The notes beneath the pieces are model-generated. The model worked only from the letters and a program-made list of their open reading frames with translations. It ran no database searches and was not told the DNA's origin. The position numbers and the translations under genes were made by a program. A DNA stretch of 64,000 nt from Pocillopora damicornis (Eukaryota), in NCBI RefSeq assembly GCF_003704095.1, contig NW_020846126.1, forward strand, positions 1 to 64,000, written 5' to 3'. Shown one piece after another: positions 50,780 through 63,000 of the stretch. The stretch's first letter is position 1. The number at the start of each line of letters is the position of its first letter.

Positions 50780-52728
50780 TTAATTTCTTCCATCATCATC
50801 TGAAACCGATTTCAACCTCTTGGCACTAGGTGGTGCATCTGTGGGATCTTGAGGATCTTCTACCAGCTTATTATGAACATCCATTAGGCCTTTAAAATAC
50901 TTCACAGTTCTGACTTTCAGCTCCAAGGTGGCATCATCATCAACTACAAAAATGGTCCTTGGGTGTTGCTGGAAGGCAGACACAGTGCACATGTGATTGA
51001 CTCCTTCCTCTGTTGCACATCGCAGGGCATATGCTTTGTGTACACCAGTAATCAGAATAAGAACCTGATGGATATAAAAATGATTGTTAATTAGTCAAAT
51101 TTCAAAACCTGCCCAGGATGTATTCCACGCTAAAATCTTGACAAGAAAAAGAAATGGCAAATGTGAAAAGAAACAACTAACGTGTGATACATAGTAAAAA
51201 AGTCTCAGCTTAACTCATCATACCTCAACCTAATATGGTTAGATTACACACCCAAGAAAGATGGATATGACACTTATCATTCTACATTGTATCCTGAATT
51301 CTGTGTGGACACCCTAAAATGTTGAACAATACTTCGGCTGTTTGTAATCCTGAGCAGACAGGCACTAAAGAATAATTATTAAAGTTGTGTTGTTGACTGT
51401 ACCTCATTCGCATCCATCACAGTGCCCACACCCACAGTAAGAGCCATTGTTGGTACTTTGGTCATGTCATTATCAAAGAACCGTGCATTGGCTACAATGG
51501 TTTCTTTTGCCAAGGACTTGACTCGTGTTCTTGAAACTAATGATGAGCCAGGCTCATTAAATGCAATATGACCATCACTTCCTATTCCTGTAAAGGTTGT
51601 CAAAGCAAGGTATGGGTTAGTTAAGCATGGTCAGAGAATAATAAAACAGAGCTTTATGTCATGCTCAATCTACCTAGGGAGTGTTGGTGCCTGGGGTAAT
51701 AAAAAACTTGAGGAGTAGTACTTTCCAAAAATGGGTAAACTCGGAGTTTTAAGGATCCTCAATTTGAGTCATAATTGGTAAAATCTTTCCATAAATTCTC
51801 GGTTATTTATTTTTTTCCCTTCTCTTGCCAAATTACTAGAACACTAGTAAGCATCAGGAAATACTATTTGCATCTGTAGCTAGTTACTTGGCTGAGGATG
51901 GAGAAGACAGACACAAAGGTTTGACAGGCATGAGCTTGATGATAATGATGATGATAATGATGCTGATAATGGTGATGCAGAGATGAGTTCACATTAAGAC
52001 AGTCATTAAAATATTAAGAATGAGATTCCTATTATTATCATGGTGATACAATGAAGTTAAAAATGACATTTAAGGCGTACTACACTATGCCTCTCATGAT
52101 CAAGACCATTACAGAATATGTACATACCTCCAATGAACAGATGAACTCCACCAGCATCTTTGATCTTGGCCTCAAAATCTTCGCATTCTTTGACAAGATC
52201 TGAAGCATTGCCATCTAACACATGGGCATTACTTGGGTCTATGTCTATATGCTTGAAAAAATTCTCCCACATGAAAGAGTGATAGCTTTCTGGATGATCA
52301 CGAGGAAGTCCAACATATTCATCCATGTTAAAGGTTTTAACATATTTAAAAGAAAGCTCCCCTTTCTTGTAGAATTCTACCAGCTTCTTATACATGCCCT
52401 TAGGAGTGCCACCTGAGAATAGATGTAAAATTCCCTTTTTCAGCAATAAGCACTGTTAGTATCAGGTTTCTTGCCCTGTTATTTAAAATATTTTTAAACA
52501 TTTAAAGCTAACAAAGTTCTTACTATTGAAAGCTGGTCAACTTTATGCGAACCAGCAACTCAGCAGTAAATAGGAAATGTAATGGCAAGTTTTCATTTCA
52601 GTACCTGTTGGTAGACCAAGTACAAAACACTTGCCAGGTCCTGGATTATACTTCAGTATTTTATTTCTCACATATTTTGCTGCCCACTCTGACACCTGCT
52701 CATATGTTTCCAAGATGACAAGCCTCAT
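50780..52728 (-). CDS. GNPDA: Glucosamine-6-phosphate deaminase/isomerase, 4 coding exons, about 292 aa
   Basis: Exons 52728-52605 (MRLVILE...VLGLPTG), 52412-52128 ([22 protein letters not shown]), 51587-51403 ([22 protein letters not shown]), 51064-50780 (VSAFQQHP). A 5'UTR intron is likely (donor GTAAGT at 53480, acceptor at 52740). Confidence 0.96.
51938..51978. repeat. Imperfect (GAT/AAT)n microsatellite in a GNPDA intron
   Basis: gatgataatgatgatgataatgatgctgataatggtgatg. Confidence 0.8.
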
Positions 52729-53480
52729 GATGTGTTTTTCTTTCAAGTGACAAAAGAAAAGAAGACAAGATAAAAACAAAAGCTTTAATATTTCCTTCAC
52801 AGGTTCTTTTTACCACTAATTCTTACCTACAATCATTCATATCATTCACTAACAATACCACATTTCTTCCACAAAGGAGTGGAAGCCATACCATACAACA
52901 ATCAAAGAGGTTTAAAAGGCGACCCCAGTTTTTCTTTCTTAACGTTTGGTTCAGGTGACAGTTTTTGGTTATTAATTAATTGCAATAACAAGTCTAAGTT
53001 TGTTGAGAAACACAAAAGGCTAGAGCAGAGAACAAAAACAAAAAAGAGGATGGTATCAGTTTTATATAATCGCTGGGTGGCTGTAAGAAAAGGGGAAAGA
53101 GAAAAGATGTCATTACCGAGTGGGTTCATATCATAAATACTCCAGCTGTACCTCATGAGGCACTATGGGTGGCATGGGCGTGGAAGTATACCCAACAACT
53201 TAATGATTAAGAATAACGTTTATGAGGGAGGGGTATGGGGAGTCTCGAATAGAGAAAATATGCAATATCAAAAGTATTGGTGGCTGATATTGTCCACCGA
53301 ACCTAAACATATCTCTTAGTATCAGTAATGACCAGACGACCACTATCTTCACAACTCTCGTGATGATTACATCTGATTATCAAACTAAGATTATAAGTTG
53401 AAGGCATGCTTAATTTTAGTTATCTAAACACTCACTTTAAAATTATGAACTAAGCTTATCAAACCAAGATATATACTTAC

Positions 53481-53653
53481 AATCTAACGAACGTGCAAGA
53501 CAGTAAGTAGGAGACAATGCCCTGAAGAGTGCCGGTCGCGTGCAGTCGGTGAGTGCAAATACAAAGCTCATAATCAGCGGTAGCACGTAAAAAGGGTGCG
53601 CCGTCTTCATGAAATATTTTGGCGGGTTTGCGCAGTGGTTAGGGAAAGTCAAC
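53481..53653. promoter_or_regulatory. Compact bidirectional promoter: GNPDA (-) versus micro-ORF/SLX4 (+)
   Basis: CpG-rich patch between the inferred GNPDA non-coding first exon (donor at 53480) and the micro-ORF ATGs (53609/53654). Confidence 0.6.
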
Positions 53654-53848
53654 ATGTTCACTAGGGGACTTATATTCCCGATTGTCTTTGGTGGAACTTT
53701 GATTTTATTTGGCTTCGGATTTTATCACAGGTATAAGCTGATCGTCAACCCCGCTGAAAAAGAGGAAAGAAGGAAGTACAACATACAGCAGGCGCTGGAA
53801 TTTCGTCGTAAAGTTCAAGAGAAAATTGACGAAAAGGTTAATCCTTGA
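53654..53848 (+). CDS. Putative single-pass membrane microprotein (64 aa; 79 aa from the upstream ATG at 53609)
   Basis: MFTRGLIFPIVFGGTLILFGFGFYHRYKLIVNPAEKEERRKYNIQQALEFRRKVQEKIDEKVNP*: one hydrophobic segment of about 20 aa followed by a charged helix. The ATG at 53654 has A at -3 (gtcaacATG). Protein-like composition. Confidence 0.6.
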   Translation: MFTRGLIFPIVFGGTLILFGFGFYHRYKLIVNPAEKEERRKYNIQQALEFRRKVQEKIDEKVNP

Positions 53849-54009
53849 TCGCCAGCCTAGTGTAACCTGTGGGATCTTGAGGATTTAATTTAATTTAAGT
53901 GCAGGTCCAAACTTATATTTTAATCGACTTCTTTGTTTATTGAAAGTGAATTAACATGTTGATCGGTGGCAATTTGTAAAGGATATTATGGGAAAAACTG
54001 CATTTATAG

Positions 54010-57000
54010 ATGACGGGTGAAGTGAAAGGAGCACAGTCCAAACGATGCTTGTCGCGTAAGAAGCAATCTAAATCTTGGAAATTTTCGAAAAATGATCACT
54101 GTCTAAATGAAACTGCCAGTGGAACTTACACAGCCCTCAGATCAAGACAATCAGCTCTCTCAAGCCCGAAAGAAAGTTCTAATCATTTAGCAAGTTTATC
54201 AGTGATAAATACTAAAGATATTGACTGTGTTGGTGATGATTACCTCAATGCTGAACTAATCGCAGGGGTGACAGGAGAGCACACAACTGATGTGTTTAAT
54301 TTTTGTGAGACTGAAGGCGAGGGTGATGATGGGAAGTCAACGGCTGTGGATGAGTTATATGGCAGTAAACGCAAGAGGATTGACACTGAAGAACTTGAAT
54401 CTGCAAGCTCTGCTCATGTGTTTAAGTTTAAAAGGACCCGCAATGCTATAAATCTAAAGCAAGCTTCTTTGTGCCTTGAAAAATGCCAAACTTACAGATC
54501 CAAAACTGTGAATCCAAAGGATGCTAAATCCACTAATGAGACTGACTTCAGAGATAATATCAAAACTTTGTCCTCAGAAGATGGTTCATTGCACCAGGTG
54601 CATGACATTAATGTTGTTGTAGGTAACATTGTATTAAAAAATATGAATAAAGAGAATCTGGATAAAGAAAATGCAGATGAAATGGATACTGTATCCAATG
54701 AAGAAACTGCAAAATATACAGAGCATTCTGATGAGAAGCAGAACTCTTCAAATGACAGGGTTTGCCCAGTCTGCAGTTTCAGCTTCATATCAGCAGAAAA
54801 TTTGGATACCATAAACAAACATATTAATAGTTGTCTTGACAACTGTTCCGATAGCAGGGTCAAGGAACAAGGTTCACAAGAAGTGACTTGTGAAGGGATC
54901 GGAGAGGACTTGTATTTCTGTCAGCTATGCCAAAAGGATCTGTCAAGGATGAACTCACAGAGACGTCAACAACACTTAAACCGTTGTTGTGATCAGGCCA
55001 ATGAAAAGGAAATACTTCAGTCAAATTCAGTTCCATCTCAGGCTCAATGTCCTATCTGTGGGAAAAGATTCAAAACACCAAAGGTTTTTTTGTATTTTTG
55101 GTGTGCTTTTTTTGTTTGTTTGTTTCTTATTGACATTATCATTTACAATAATTGTTACTGGGGTCATTGCAACTCTATTTGCCTTTACTTTGATTCATCT
55201 CTTCTTAGACAATCTCAATTTCTAATGATTGATTTTGCTAGTCACCAGATAACTACATGTAGCTTACAATGTAGCAGCACAAACTGCAACATCTGCTGAA
55301 TAACATCATCCATCCTTTGAATATGATTATTGATTCTCTAAAGATGTCACTTTAGATTGTGGTTCTCTATTTGCTGCTGATATGTTCATGTTTCAATGCC
55401 TGCAGGCTCGCCAAATACATCTCAAGAAATGTGCTCAGCAGTACAATGTAGAGACGGATCAGCTGTTGGAGATTGTACGTCGGGAGAAACAGCAGGAAGA
55501 CAAGACTTCTGTAACCACTGGGTCTGCGGAAAATGTGCTTCCTTCTAGGAATCTTACTGGAGTGAAAAGAAAAAGGAGAGGTACTGCAGTCAGGGGGTAA
55601 GAAATATGCATTATTCTCAACTTTCTCATATGGTATCAGTTTTTAGAATATTCCTTTTTATTCTTACAAATATCTGAGATGACACTTGCTTTGGGTAAGT
55701 GTCAGTAGACAGAAAGCTCTTGCCTAGCAGATTAACTGGTCAGCCCATGTTAATATGTCTACAAACTGACTAGAAAGTAGTTGACAAGATACAACATGTT
55801 AACTCAAATCCCATTATATAATTTTATTAAAATTGAGTAACAGAGACGGTATCTGTTGTCTTTCTGTATTTACACAACAGTTTTGTAGTGATTGTGGTGT
55901 TGTCTTTGCTACTTTCCAGTTATTTAGGTTTTCATTGAGAATTTTTAGTAGCACAAGAATAGTGTGAACAAACAGGAGAATAATCTCAATCCTCTCTGAC
56001 AATTAAAATTAAACTAAACAATTCTCCACTTTCCAATTCTAAGTGCATGAACACCCAGCTATTTGAAGCTTCAATACATAGTGTAGTAGACTCCTCAGAA
56101 CCATCAGAGTGCATTATTAGATGGAAAAACTGCTGAAATAGTAGTTTTTTCCTTCCATTTACCCTTGCACTCTATAGAGCGATTAAAATGGACCTTGGTA
56201 GAGAGAGTGATTTGAACCAGTTTTTTTTTCTTCCCTTAGTGACTTTGATGAGGAAACTCAGCTTGCTTTGGCTTTGTCAGCATCCATGGCCCCACCCCTA
56301 CCCCCACAGGCACAGGCCAAAGGTGTGAAGGGCAAAGGAAAGAAGATGAAAGGGTAAGAACTGCTAATAAAGGCATATTCATCACAAATAAGTTGGATTA
56401 ATTTCCCAGGAGAAAGTCAATTTACACAGTGACTTATTTTGTCTTAATGTTTTCCACTAATGTATGTTTTGTGTTTCCTTAGTGGTAGTGAACTGCCAGC
56501 ATTGTTGCTTAGAGATGATGAAAGTGCTCAAAGAGCCGTTATGATGAGAGCAGCTCAGGTTCTTTGCACAGGAGTATGTTTTATTTTATTCCATTTTTTT
56601 AAAATCAGAAATTGCTGTATAACCTAATGGGTTTTGCACCCTGGGGTGACATTAAGTTATTTTGAGTGATTGTTCAGGTGAGGGTAGTCTGTTGTCAGTG
56701 ATTGGTGACTCTTTGAAAGTTTGAGTGGAAGTCATCATCACAGTCAAGTGTTGGGTCATACATATCAATGATATGATATTTTATCAGAATTTAATCAATA
56801 AATACAATGAGAGATGAAGATGAATACTCACTCATTCACTCATTTGCATACTCATCCAATGTTTATGATAGTCAGTAATAGGAGTAAATCTCCTCCGTGC
56901 TTTCATTTTGATATTTGGTCAAACATTAGAGAACATTGAAAAAGTTAACAATGGTCTGATTATAACATGAAATCCTAGTATTTTATATTTTCTTTTGTAT

Positions 57001-60000
57001 ACTCTAAAGGAAGAAGTTGATGAGGAGGATGAAATATCATGCACTCCTGCTCTTGCTCCAAGTCGATTAGCTCAGAATATTCCAAGCAATCAACTTCTCC
57101 CTGGCAAAGAAACACTACAAGAGCATCCTACTACTTTTGCAAGTACATCAGAGACCATCAACATGATTGGATTAGATTGCAGTACAGTAGAAGGCAAGCA
57201 CATGTGTGCAAACAGTGGAAATAATGCTGCCATAATGAAGGAATATTTTGCCTCTGTTGATCCTTCACTAAGCAGATCATTTCTAAATGTTTTATATGCT
57301 GGTGAAAACAATGACAGTAACCCATGTCAACCAAAGGTAAGTTCTCAATTTTATTTATTAATTTTTTTTTTTTGCTCTTTTTACAAAAATTTGTTCAGTG
57401 TTTACAATGAGCATTTGCCAGTGATACACTGCCCTAATTTTTCTAAGGCCTTATGTTCAGTTTTTGTATTGTGATGTAATCTTGTGCAGTTAAAGTACCA
57501 AATGTTCCACTTTGTTAAACAGGCACCAACTTCCAGTCCACTTTGGTCATTAGCATCCACAAAGGACCAGTCCTATCAGGAATTCTATGTACAAGGCCTC
57601 TTGCCTCCTGCTTCACCAGTTCAGAAGAATGTTTCCTGCAATACTTTTCATGATCAAGTTGCTGCAAATGCTGCCACTAAAGAGGAGACATCAGGCCCTG
57701 TGCAATGTGAATCAAACATGCAAGTGTCAGGAAATCCAAATGGAGTTGGTGAATGTGAAGAGATAACACCATCACAAGCTATGAATGTACAAATGTTGAT
57801 GGATCTTTGTGGTGATGATGACATGTCTAAAGTTTTAGCAAACCCCCAGCAGATGGTAACAGCCATGGGTTTCTGTTTTGATGAAAAAGAGAATCTAAAT
57901 ATTCATGAGGTAAATTATGATCATTTGTTCAACCCTGAACAACAGTTTCCTTGCCTGTGAGAAAATGCATTTATTAACCATTTAAGCCTTATATTTTCTT
58001 TTTGTAACATCTTTTGGAATCATTGACCAGGTCTTGAGATAAGTTATAAATGTTTACTATTCCTGCAATACTGTGAAGTGGCATGGAAATCTTTGTTATC
58101 TTTCTTCTCTTGATTAGGGAACTCATATGGTCCCCAGTGGAGTTTCAAAATTGCTTCAAGATTTATCATCCATGGTAAACAACTCATGGCTTAGTGATGT
58201 TGTTATTAATCTGAAAGATGGCCAAAAGTTGATGGCACACAGCTTTATTTTGTCTCTCAGATCCAATGTTCTTTCACAGGTACATGTCCCATTTCTATTT
58301 CATTAATAATGATTTAATGCAAGAGACCTCTAGTTGCTCTCTTCATTTGACTACTACTAAACTGATAGAGTTCTTATGTGTGCCTACATGTCTAAGAATA
58401 CAAGATTTATACACTTAAGTATTATTGTTTTTAACAAGTGGAAGGTCATTTACACTTAACAAAAACATACAAACAAATCCATATTTGCCTGAGAGGTTGC
58501 GTAAAAGAGTTCATTTGAATCTGCCGTTGATTCACAATACCTTCTACTTTGCTTTAGATGTTGGAGGAACAAAGATCTGGATGTAAAGATGGAGGGCTTC
58601 TTAATCTACAGTTTGAGGAAGTTGAACAATTTGTTTTCGAAGTTACGCTAAGGCACATTTATACTGGTGAGGTCATCATCCCTGAGCATTGTGCATTGGG
58701 TGCCTTAACAAATTTGGCTGAAAGGTAAAACATTACAAAACGTACTTTACAAAAACATTTCAGCGGCAGGGATACGAAAATATTTATATAAAATGTTTGA
58801 ATTGTTTTACACTGTTTGTTTGTAGGCTTGAACTGCCATGCCTTCTGAAAGCATGTAAGGACACTATGTTTCGGTTAAAGCAAGCGCAAGAAAATAAAGA
58901 TGGTGATGAAATTAGAGATTGCGTCGTCATTGATATGAAAAAATTTGAGCAAGATATTGAGCAAGTTATTTGGACAAGTGATCAACACAACGATTTCGAC
59001 TTGGATTTTCAAACTCCGCGAGATGAAGAACAGGAAGGTACAACTGACCAGTTAAACGATGAAGACATCGAAGAAATAATGATTTTCCAAACTCAATCAC
59101 TTCAAAGGGAAGGGAGTGAAAATTTGAAGGAGAGCTCGAAAAATCCATTAAGCCTGAATGAACAACAGTCAAGCAAGACAGAAGCAGATTTGACAGGTAA
59201 TTATCGAAGCAAGTCTGTTGAAGAAACATCTGTGGAAGATTCAAATCCTTCTGCGTCTAATGGAAAAGAAAGTAAGTTGCAAACACTCTCCAGAGATGAT
59301 AATCCGTCGTATATTACTATTGAAGGTATTGATGCGTCACCTAATCTTCCTGAAGAAGATGATTGGTCACGTAGTCCTGTCAAACAGACAGGAAAAAAAT
59401 TGCATGATGATGCTGAGAAAGGAGAGAAGTTCCAATTTAATGGCTCATATGCAAGAGAAAGTATCGTTGAGGAAGATATAAGTATCAAGAGGGAACATTT
59501 ATCCCTTCCAAACGAACAAAGGGGAAACAAACTACTTCACGATCACTATACATTGACAGAGTCTTGCGAGAATGATACGTTTTCACCTGACTCTTGTAAC
59601 AAACCTGTTACAGGCGGAGAAACAATCAGCAACCCGGACGATGTGGAGGTACAGCGGCATGGGATAAGACAAATTTGTACACTTGAATTGGAACAGTCCG
59701 TTGATAGTAATGACAAATTACACCTTCCTGAGGAATTTTTGGAAATCGATGTTAATGTGGATAATTATCCCGAGAATGCCGATATCTATAACGTGTCTAC
59801 AGATCTGTTAAATGATGCAAATCAAGTCAATCATGATGATGCTGGGGAACCAGATGTATCAGGTGAATTAGACGTATCGGGTGAAATTCAACCAAATTGG
59901 TACCAAGATCTTAACATTTTGGAGGAAAGCTGCAACAAGCCTGGCTGTGCAAATGTGTTTGTACCGGAAGAGGAAGAGAAGCGGGAAAAGGAAGACTTGC

Positions 60001-63000
60001 AGGGGTCCCCAGGAAAGGTACCTTTGTCAGACAATGAGGAAAGTGAGGACGACACTGTGGAAATGGCTGCAAATGAATCGATCACACTGATCAGCGACAA
60101 TGAGGAAGAGGTTTGTTGTGGTGTGTTATTTCAATTCTAGAACTTAGAGTAGTGTCGTTAGGAACAGTCATCGCAAGAAAGTAACGAACAAGTGATGCAT
60201 ACTCATCTTCGAGAGCAATTCGTTTCCGTCAGAGTCGTGTCAGAGTCGAAGAATACACATTTAATGCAGTGGAACGAACACGTAAGCACTTTGTTCCTCT
60301 TCTGACTTTTTTTTCTAGTCAGTAAAATAGAAGCTTTCTTTGCAGTGGCTGAGTACCAGAAATGAGTAGTGGTTAGATTTTTATATCCTTCAAAAAGATT
60401 TGTTCGACAGTAGATTGCCCCCTGATTTTATGATATTTCATTTCTTGGCAGTATTTATGACAAATTTGTTCAGTTCGTATTTGTGCATAATGTAATTTCT
60501 AGGTCCTCGATGTGTCTCCTCGAAAAACTGATGTGACTATCGTCCCAGAGACACCTCATGGATGGGGAAGCACCTCAACAAAATTCCTATCAACAACCTC
60601 TGTCAGTGAAGAAAACGATGTCATTGTAACTGGTTCCTCTCCGTCCAAATCACGTAGACAATTGAGCGAGGAAGCAAACCAATTTCTGTCCAAACTAAGA
60701 CAGCGTGCAGAACGTAGTATAGGAAATAAGCAAGTGAAAGAAAAGTCAAGACGTAATGGTGTGACTAATAAATCTTCGGTAAAAATATCAGCCAATCGTT
60801 TAACGACCACAGAGAAGTCTCTTGGGAAACGAGACAACCTAGGTGAACCGACTTCATTATCAGGAAATGTAGAGACTTACAATGTCTCACCAACACGAGT
60901 GACCTTGTGGGGTACCATGTCCGCTAGTGTTTCCCCAGTGCGAACTCCCCCTAGGGGTTCAAAATCCCTCAAAGGCTCTGAGAACAGTAGTTGCTCGCCT
61001 GGAAACCTCAACGAAGAGTATGTTTCAGAAGGGGTCGAGGTTGGAAATTCTCCTTCTGTTTCCCCATTTATAGACGATGACGTAGTGCAGACTTCTGAAA
61101 CTTGCAAGAAAGCAAAAGATAAATTGACATGTCCTTCAGAGAGAAAGGAAATTTCAGGGGAAAAAGAATTCGAATCCAGAGGACCTATCAATGGTGAAAA
61201 CATAGAATTTAACGGAGATGAGTCAGATGATGGCATTTATCGAGACTTTCCTCTGTCAACTTCATCTTCTCCTGGCAACATTATGTCGCAGCCAGTCCCC
61301 TCGCCGAGCTATTATTTCTTTGATGCTGTTTCGTCTCCAGACTCCCCAGTACCTTGCACTTCTCCTCCATCACAACAGATCGCTTTATCACCTGATCTTG
61401 ACTCGCCCAGTCTTCCAGTTGATTGGAAGTCATCAACAGCCACAAGAGGAATGGGTTCTAGTCCACAATCACAATCTCCAGTGTCGCCTTCCGTTTGTTC
61501 ATTTAGCTCGCATCATGCGTCCAGTCGACAATTAGAGAATGAGAGGAACCACTCTGTGAAAAAACTGGAGTTCGAACAGAATTCAGATGACAAGGAAAAG
61601 CCACGAAAGACAGAAGTGGTGAAGATTGATCTTGACGTGCCATTGAAAGAGAGACTAAAGGCCGCACGTGTTGGTGGAACTAAAATGTTCTTTATTAGCG
61701 ATGCTGATGAAGGTGACAGCGATACAGACAGAGTTGATAGTTATACCAGAAATGAAGACAAAAGCGGTGAGGAGCAAGAAAAGAACTCCTCGGCTAAAGA
61801 GGAGCAGCAAACAGAAAGCGTTTCACTTGGTGACGAGTTTGATTCCTATGACGATGGGGGCTTCAATGTTGACATTGATGAAGTAAACAAACTCGAGGTC
61901 TTAAATGTTGATAGCGATGTAAAAGCAAGGGAAAAGTGCCATTGTGATAAAGATGTAAAGGAACACAATCTGTCGGTGCAAGTGGATGCTTCAATGACGA
62001 GTAAAGGCAAGAGGAAAGTTCCTTCAAGTCAAGGAAGAGTCCGAGACAGTGATAGCAACAATGAAGATGATGAAACTCCGTCAAAGCGTAGGAAAAAGTC
62101 TCACATTAAGTCAAACAAGCAGGTAGAACAGAAGGCGAAACAACCAGTAACACCCATGCCGAACTACATCGAGATGGCCACCCCAGTATTAAAGGTAACA
62201 ACTTAAACAAATTCATTACTATTAAGAGATATAATAATTTAGACTGGCTCATATCCAACACAGGTTTAGGATCATGTTCAATATGTGCTTCACGAGTGCG
62301 CAGTGATGTTGTCACTGGCTCTAGTAAGCTTAGACTCTCAGATTATTTTAACAAAGAAAAGTAACTACTTATGTTTTTGCTTATATTTTTTTGTAGAATG
62401 AGCTGTATAAGTTTGGTGTTCGTGCTCTCCCGAAGAAAAAAATGATCTTGAAGCTTAAAGAGATCTATGATTACACACATCCAAGTAAGGCAACATTCTC
62501 TACAGTTAACAATAGTTGCTCAATTTTAATAATAACGTGACCCTTGTAAAAGGTATATCCGTTTTAGTACGTTCCCTTCTCTTTGAAAGATGAACCACAT
62601 ACACAGGGGAGTAAAACATCGCTTCCTATTGATGGAGTTGAAGAAAGTGGAAATGCAAGCAGTGATAACAGGTGAGAACGTTTGTGTATTTCTACCGTCA
62701 GTGAAGATAAATATTTTTTCTTACTCCCGTGTAGCGTACAGAGTTTAACGTCATCCAGAATACTTAACATTCCCACATCATTCCCAATCAGTCCCGCTAG
62801 TAATGTACTGTGTGGAACTCGACTGCCATAAATGGCTTAACGTGTGTTCACTTCCTTGCTCCCGGTAATTTTTTATTGTGGGACTTTAATCCATTTCAAG
62901 TGCTGAACAACCTCACTTTCAAAATCGGGCTAAACGCAAAGCCTTTTTTGTGAAATTAGTTTTATTTGCATAAGGGTTAAATAATGTCTTCTTATCAACT

